This document shows positions 42,465-64,000 of a stretch of DNA of 64,000 bases, piece after piece. The stretch comes from the human T2T-CHM13v2.0 reference genome, Homo sapiens: assembly GCF_009914755.1 (NCBI RefSeq), contig NC_060933.1. The stretch is one strand, 5' to 3'. A program made the position numbers and the translations under genes. Under the pieces are notes generated by a model. It saw only the letters and a list, made by a program, of their open reading frames with translations, was not told where the DNA came from and did no database searches. Positions within the stretch are counted from its first letter, which is position 1. Each line of letters starts with the position of its first letter.

Positions 42465-42959
42465 CTGTGGTTCTCCAAATGTGATCCTTGGCCAGTAGCA
42501 CCAGCATCACCTGGACATTTATTAGAAATGCAAATTTTTGGCCAAGCGCAGTGGCTCACTCTTATAATCCCTGGGCTTTGGGAGGCCGAGGCGGGTGGAT
42601 CATCTGAGGTCAGGAGTTCGAAACCAGCCTGGCCAATACGATGAAACCTTGTCTCTTCTAAAAATACAAAAAATTAGCCAGGCGTTGTGGCAGGCGCCTG
42701 TAATCCCAGCTATTCAGGAGGCTGAGGCAGGAGAATCGATTGAACCCAGAGGTGCGGAGGTTGCAGTGAGCCGAGATCAATGCCACTGCCCTCCAGCCTG
42801 GGCAACAAGCGTGAAACTCTGTCTCAAAAACAACAACAACAACAAAGAAATGCAAATTTTCCGGCCCCATCTCAAACCTATCGAATCAGGAACTTTTAGA
42901 GAATTGGTTCCTGTAATCTGTGTTTTAACAAGCCTGTGACTCTGGTTTGAGAACCACTG
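42465..42959 (+). mobile_element. MER5A (hAT-Charlie MITE) with an Alu inserted at 42541
   Basis: TIR-like ends ctgtggttctc / gagaaccactg; cagcatcacctgg..agaaatgcaaatt core, duplicated as the Alu TSD. Confidence 0.75.
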
Positions 42960-45900
42960 ATAGCGATATTTACTCCAGGTGACCCAAGGAAGCGGGGCCC
43001 AGCCTGGGCTCCCCCGACCCCTGTCCACCATCCCCGACTGCTCCGTGCTCACCTCTAAGAGGGTGAAGCTGTTCCTGACTGATGGCTCGCAGGAGGATTG
43101 GGAGCTGGGATGCTGCTTGGCTAACGTCCTCTCCTGCAGGGAGGGGGTGAGGTCTACAAGGGGTACCCAGGGCATTCTCTGGAATGCTACCTCCCTTCCC
43201 GTGAATACTACCTCCCTCCCACTTAATGTACTAGGTGGCATTATTAATAGTATTATTAATCCATACATTCATTCAACATTTTTTTTGTTGATTGTCTACC
43301 GTTTACAGGTTGGTTTGGCTACTGGAGATACAGAAATGACTGTGATGTCACCCTAGTCCACAAGGAATCCATGGTCGAGTGGGGACACTGGGGTGGCCAG
43401 CAGGCAGTGACAGAGCAATCTCATACAAGTTTATATTACAACCAGGTGCAGTGGCTTGTCCTTGTAATCCCAGCTACTTGGGAGACTGATGCACCTCCTC
43501 GGGAGGTGGGAGAATCACTTGAGACCAGGAGTTAGAGACCAGCCTGGGAAACATAGTGAGACGGTCTCAAAAAAAAAAAAAAAAAATTAGTCGGGCTTGG
43601 TGACCCGCACCAGCAGTCTTAGCTACTCAAGAGGCTGAGGAGGGAGGATCGTTGGAGCTCAGGAGCTTGAGGTTGCAGTGAGCTGTAATCATGCCACTGC
43701 ACTCTAGCCTGGGTATATTACATATAATATGTATGTATAAAAATGTGTATATTTATTTATGTTTATTTATTTATGTTTATTTTTTGAGATAGAGTCTCAC
43801 TATTTCACCCAGGCTTGAGTACAGTGGCACAATCACGGCTCACTGCAGTCTTGAACTCCCAGGCTCAAGTGACCCTCCCACCTCAGCCTCCTAAGTAGCT
43901 GGAACTACAGGCATGTGCCACCATGCCCGGCTAACTTTTAAAAATGTTTTGTAGAGATGGTGTCCCCTATGTCGCCCAGGCTGGTTTGAAACTCCAGGTT
44001 TCAAGCAATCCTCCCACCTCAGCCTCCAAAAGTGCTGAGATTACAGGCATGAGCCACCATGCCCGGTGATTTTTTTTTTTTTTTTTTTTTGAGATGGAGT
44101 CTCACTGTGTCGTCCAGACTGGAGTGCAGTGGCGGGATCCCTGCTCACTGCAACCTCTGCCTTCCGGGTTAGCGCAGTTCTCCTGTCTCAGCCTCCCGAG
44201 TAGCTGGGATTACAGGTGCCCGCCACCATGCCTGGCTAATTTTTTTGTATTTTTAGTAGAGATGGGGTTTCGCCCATTGGCCAGGCTGGTCTGGAACTCC
44301 TGACCTCAAGTCATCTGCCTGCCTCGGCCTCCCAAAGTGCTGGGATTACAGACGTGAGACACCGTGCCCAGCTCCCCGCCTTTTTTTTTTTTAAGAGATT
44401 GGGCCTCCCCATGTTGCTCAGGCTGCTCTCAAACTCCTGAGCTCAGGTAATCCTCCCACCTCAGTCTCCCAAAGTGCTGGGATTACAGGCATGAGCCACC
44501 ACGTCTGCCACCCCCGACCCCCAAATTTTGTTTACAGTTAATATTGCAAAGGCCTCCTCTCTCTACATGCTTTCTTGTCTTTCCAATCCATGCTCCACAT
44601 TTTTGGAGATGGAGTCTCGCTCTATCCTCCAGGGTGGAGTGCAGTGTTGCAATCTTGGCTCATGGCAACCTCTGCCTTCCAGGTTCATGCAATTCTCATG
44701 CCTCAGCCTCCTGAGTAGCTGGGATTACAGGCATGCACCACCACGCCCGGATAATTTTTGTATTTTTAGTAGAGATGAGGTTTCCACATGTCTGCCAGGC
44801 TGGTCTGGAACTCCTGACCTCAGGTGATCTGCCTGCCTCAACCTCTCAAAGTGCTGGTATTACAGGCTTGAGCCACTTTGCGCTTGGCCACTATTTTTTT
44901 TTTTTTTTTTTGAGATGGCGTCGCGCTCTGTCGCCCAGGCTGGAGTGCAGTGGTGCAATCTTGGCTCACTGTAACCTCTACCTCCTGGGTTTAAGTGATT
45001 CTCCTGCCTCAGCCTCCTGAGTAGCTGGGACTATAGTCGCCGGCTGCCACGCCCAGCTAATTTTTGTACTTTTAGTAGAGACGGGGTTTCACCACGTTGG
45101 CCAGGCTGGTCTCAAATTCTTGACCTCAAGTGATCAACCTGCCTCGGCCTCCCAAAGTGCTGGGATTACAGGTGTGAGCCACAGCGCCCAGCCTAGAGTG
45201 AAATACTGAAAACCCTCTCATGGTTTTCCAGGCTTCTGAGGGATGAAGTCCAACACCTTAGGCTGGCCTATCAGACGCTGCATAGTCTGGTCCTGCTGAC
45301 TTTGGCAGGATTTCTCTCATCGCTGGCCCTGTAACACTTCAAGGGACTGCAGTGATGATGCTTCATAGAATATGCAGTATTCTCTTGTACCTGCATGTGG
45401 TACCTGTGTACCTACTGCAGTCTGTTTAGAATTCCCTTTGCTGCTTGTTTGGCGAACTTCCACTCACCTTTCATGGCTCAGTTCCAATACCATCACCTCT
45501 GGGAACCATCTCCTGCCTGCCCCAGGAGGACCGGGACCTCCTTTTCCTGTCCTCTTTTCCTTGAACCTGTATATACTTTTTTTTTTTTTTTTTTTTTTGA
45601 GACAAGAGTCTCACTCTGTCACCCAGGCTGAAGTGTAGTGGTGATTTTGGCTCACTGCAACCTCCGCCTTCCAGGTTCAAGGAATTCTCCCTGCCTCCTC
45701 CTCCCTAGTAGCTGGGATTACAGGCACACACCACCATGCCCGGTTAATTTTTGTATTTTTAGTAGAGACGGGGTTTCGCTATGTTGGGCAGTCTGGTCTT
45801 GAACTTCTGACCTTAGGTGATCCGCCTGCCTCAGCCTCCCAAAGTGCTGGGACTACAGGCGTGAGCCACCGCAGTCTTAAATGGTTAATGAGGATTAGGA

Positions 45901-46232
45901 AATCTATCAATTATTCAACAGAGAGACAATGAATGGATCAAGGGATTGGGGAGCTCCCTGACATTACAGAACAAATTCAGTATGCAGTATACTGTGAAAG
46001 CGAGGCGGAAAAGCAGGTTTTGTTTGCGAGTCTGACTTTAGGATTGCAGGTGAAACACTTGTGTGACCCTGGAGCTGTGTGGCTAAGGTGCTGCGGGGTC
46101 ACTGGAGAAAGGTCAAGGGACTGTGGCCCAGTTGGCCCGGAGGTGGTTCAGGTCTCCCAGATTCCAGGGCGGCATTATGAGCCACGTGACAGACCTCCCC
46201 TGACTGGCTGACAGTGAAGCATAATTGAGAAG

Positions 46233-46264
46233 ATGGCGGACCAGCAAGGACCTCATCAGAATAG
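46233..46264 (+). CDS. ODF2: ODF2 candidate distal first coding exon (MADQQGPHQN-R)
   Basis: Strong Kozak aagATGg; phase-2 donor AG|gtctgt is in frame with exon 50604; E-box CACGTG at 46183-46188. Confidence 0.6.
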
Positions 46265-46390
46265 GTCTGTACACAGAGCGGCATAGAGAGTGCAGGAGGG
46301 TAGTAGACCGGGCGCGGAGGCTCAAGCCTGTAATACAAGCACTTTGGAAGGCCGAGGCGGGTGGATCATGAGGTCAGGAGATGGAGACTA

Positions 46391-46765
<375 letters not shown>

Positions 46766-46849
46766 CTAGGGGCAGGGCTGGATTTTCGGAGGCAGTGTGC
46801 AGCTCCCAATAACTAGTTCCATGGGTCCTCTGTGAGCCTAGTTTCCTGG

Positions 46850-48200
46850 TGGGTACCGAGGGGAGGGCGTCGGAACCGTACGCTCCTTTGAGTGAGGGGA
46901 ATCCGGGAGGATCCAAGGCAGGGGAAACAGGGCCGAGCGGGAAAGGCCTTGAATGGGGGGCGAGACCCAGCCAGGCCCGCTGGACGCGTAGCACGTCTCC
47001 TTGGTGACGGGACGCGTGGCCCGGAAGTGGGCGGCCCTTCTGGCGGGGCGGGGCATCTCTGTGACGCTAGGGGCTGGGCCTCGATGGCGAAACCCAAGCG
47101 GCTCCCGGGGGGGTTTGAACTGGCCAATGGGCGAGCTGCCGACCGGGTGTCGGAAAAGGAGGCGGAAGCGGGGAGGAGCCGCTGCCAGAGCCAGACTGCA
47201 TCCGCCGCGGCGTCTCCATGGCACGACCCTGGCCTCCGACTTCAACGACTTCATAAGGCGGCGTTTCTGGGCGCAGCCGTGTCGCTCCTGGTGAGAGGCC
47301 GCCGGCAGGCGGGATCCAGCGCCCTCCGGGGCACCGCGGGCGAGACCGTCGCCTTCGCACCCCCGGCGCGGTCGACCCCGCGGGGCCGTCGGGTCCTGGG
47401 TTCCCCGCCGCGTTGCGCTCGTCCCCCTCCTGTCAGAACCTGGGCCCCCGCCCCGCCCACCGGCGCGGGGCCTCTCCTCCTCCCGCTAACGGGCGGTCGG
47501 CCGCCTCCTTCCTCTCTTGGCTACCACGGGGCTCTGCCCCTCCTCTGCCGCCCGCGGGCAGGGCTTCACCTTTCTCTCTATGGGCAGAAACCGGTACCCT
47601 CCTGCCTGCTGGTGGGTGGCCGTCCCTTCTCTCCGCCGACAGAGGCTCTCCCTCGCTCTGCTGCCCGTCGGCGGCATCGCCCCGACCGCCTCGTCCTCTC
47701 CTCGGGCCTCCACATGGCAGTCACTTGTACGCCCTCCGTAGGCAGCGCTGTCCCCCGGGCACCGTCTCCGGCTTGCCAGGGCCCTCGCCCGGCGGGGGGG
47801 GGTCCCGCCCGCCCCCTCCCAGCCCGGCGTCTATCCTGCTCAGAACTCTGTTCGGTTTTCCCTCGCGGCGGGGCGCCCGGGGCCCGTGCAACCTCCGCGC
47901 CTCCCTCCTTTAAACACTATTGGTCCTCTCGGGCATCTGTTCTTCCGTAACGCCCCTTCTCCTAGGAGACAGTTGTCCGGCCCCGCCCCAGCATCCCCGC
48001 GGCTCCCTGCGCGGTTCTGGCCCTCTGGGGCCCACTTGGGGCCGAGCGGTTCTCACCCGCCCTCTCCGCACGTCCGCCGGCGCCTCAGGTTTCCCCCGGT
48101 AGCCACCGGCAGTCCTCCGCGTGGGACCCGGGCGCGGTGGTCCTTTCCCTCGCGGTTCTGCCCCGTCCCCTCCCCTTCCTCCCCTCTGCCCCCAGGTCGC
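46850..48200 (+). promoter_or_regulatory. CpG island / ODF2 promoter
   Basis: Dense CpG; ETS CCGGAAGTG 47021-47029, GC box near 47045, CCAAT 47124-47128, TTTGAA 47114-47119, X-box-like 46995-47008; bounds approximate. Confidence 0.88.
47127..47290 (+). CDS. ODF2: ODF2 CpG-island first exon, coding if ATG 47127 is transcribed (MGELPTGCRKRRRKR...PCRS-W)
   Basis: Donor CTG|gtgaga at 47290, phase 2, in frame with exon 50604. Confidence 0.6.
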
Positions 48201-48440
48201 TCAGCCTCTACTATTTCCCCCTACTTTGGCAGGACAGTTGCTGTGCGACTTGGACAGTAGAGGAGCGCCTCCCAAGTTTTCATCCAACTGCCAACCCCAA
48301 AGCTTCCACCCTTCTCCCCTCAGAGAGGACGTTTGATGCCGGGCCCCTTGAGAGGCTCATTGACAAGCCTGCCCCTCTGGGTCCCCCTGAGCAGAGCCTG
48401 CTGACCCAATTGCCCACCTTTGCGGCTTTGATGCCTAGCC

Positions 48441-63897
<15,457 letters not shown>

Positions 63898-64000
63898 GTA
63901 GGTGGCAGGTGGCAGGACCCCAGCCATGGAACTGGCCTCGGGAGGGGGCAGCTGCAGGCTGGGCAGGGTCTTTACGCGTCATCAGGCAGACTTTATGACA

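Noticed and set aside
46838-48260. 352-aa and other overlapping ORFs on both strands
   Set aside because: CpG-island composition; Pro/Arg/Gly-rich with no domain; only the spliced ODF2 segments are supported

Overview
Human (primate) genomic DNA, very Alu-dense (roughly 90-100 full or partial copies by eye count) and GC-rich. Gene content matches the CERCAM-ODF2 locus (9q34.11). It holds the complete CERCAM/GLT25D3 gene on +: 12 coding exons, which I spliced by hand into a 1788-nt, 595-aa ORF with signal peptide and C-terminal RDEL, plus a 3'UTR exon and poly(A) signal. It also holds a decayed processed pseudogene of PATL1 (+) and the 5' part of ODF2/cenexin (+), with a CpG-island promoter, several alternative first coding exons and the first common coding exons; ODF2 runs off the window. 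Other repeats are a solo LTR8, MLT1 LTRs, MER5A, Tigger3-type, MIR/L2 fragments and TA-rich microsatellites. No rRNA, tRNA or CRISPR is supported. I found no demonstrably new multi-gene system. The best unexplained observations are: (1) the spliced CERCAM 3'UTR exon is open and in frame with the CDS from the stop codon to the AATAAA; (2) an orphan L1-type retrocopy with 16-bp TSDs and its own poly(A) signal and tail; (3) a 187-bp unique-sequence copy pasted into an Alu 5470 bp from its twin; (4) a PATL1 retrocopy lacking a 30-codon block and carrying a new in-frame ATG ahead of the DDX6-binding region. Subfamily names and parent-protein comparisons come from memory of consensus sequences, not from searches.
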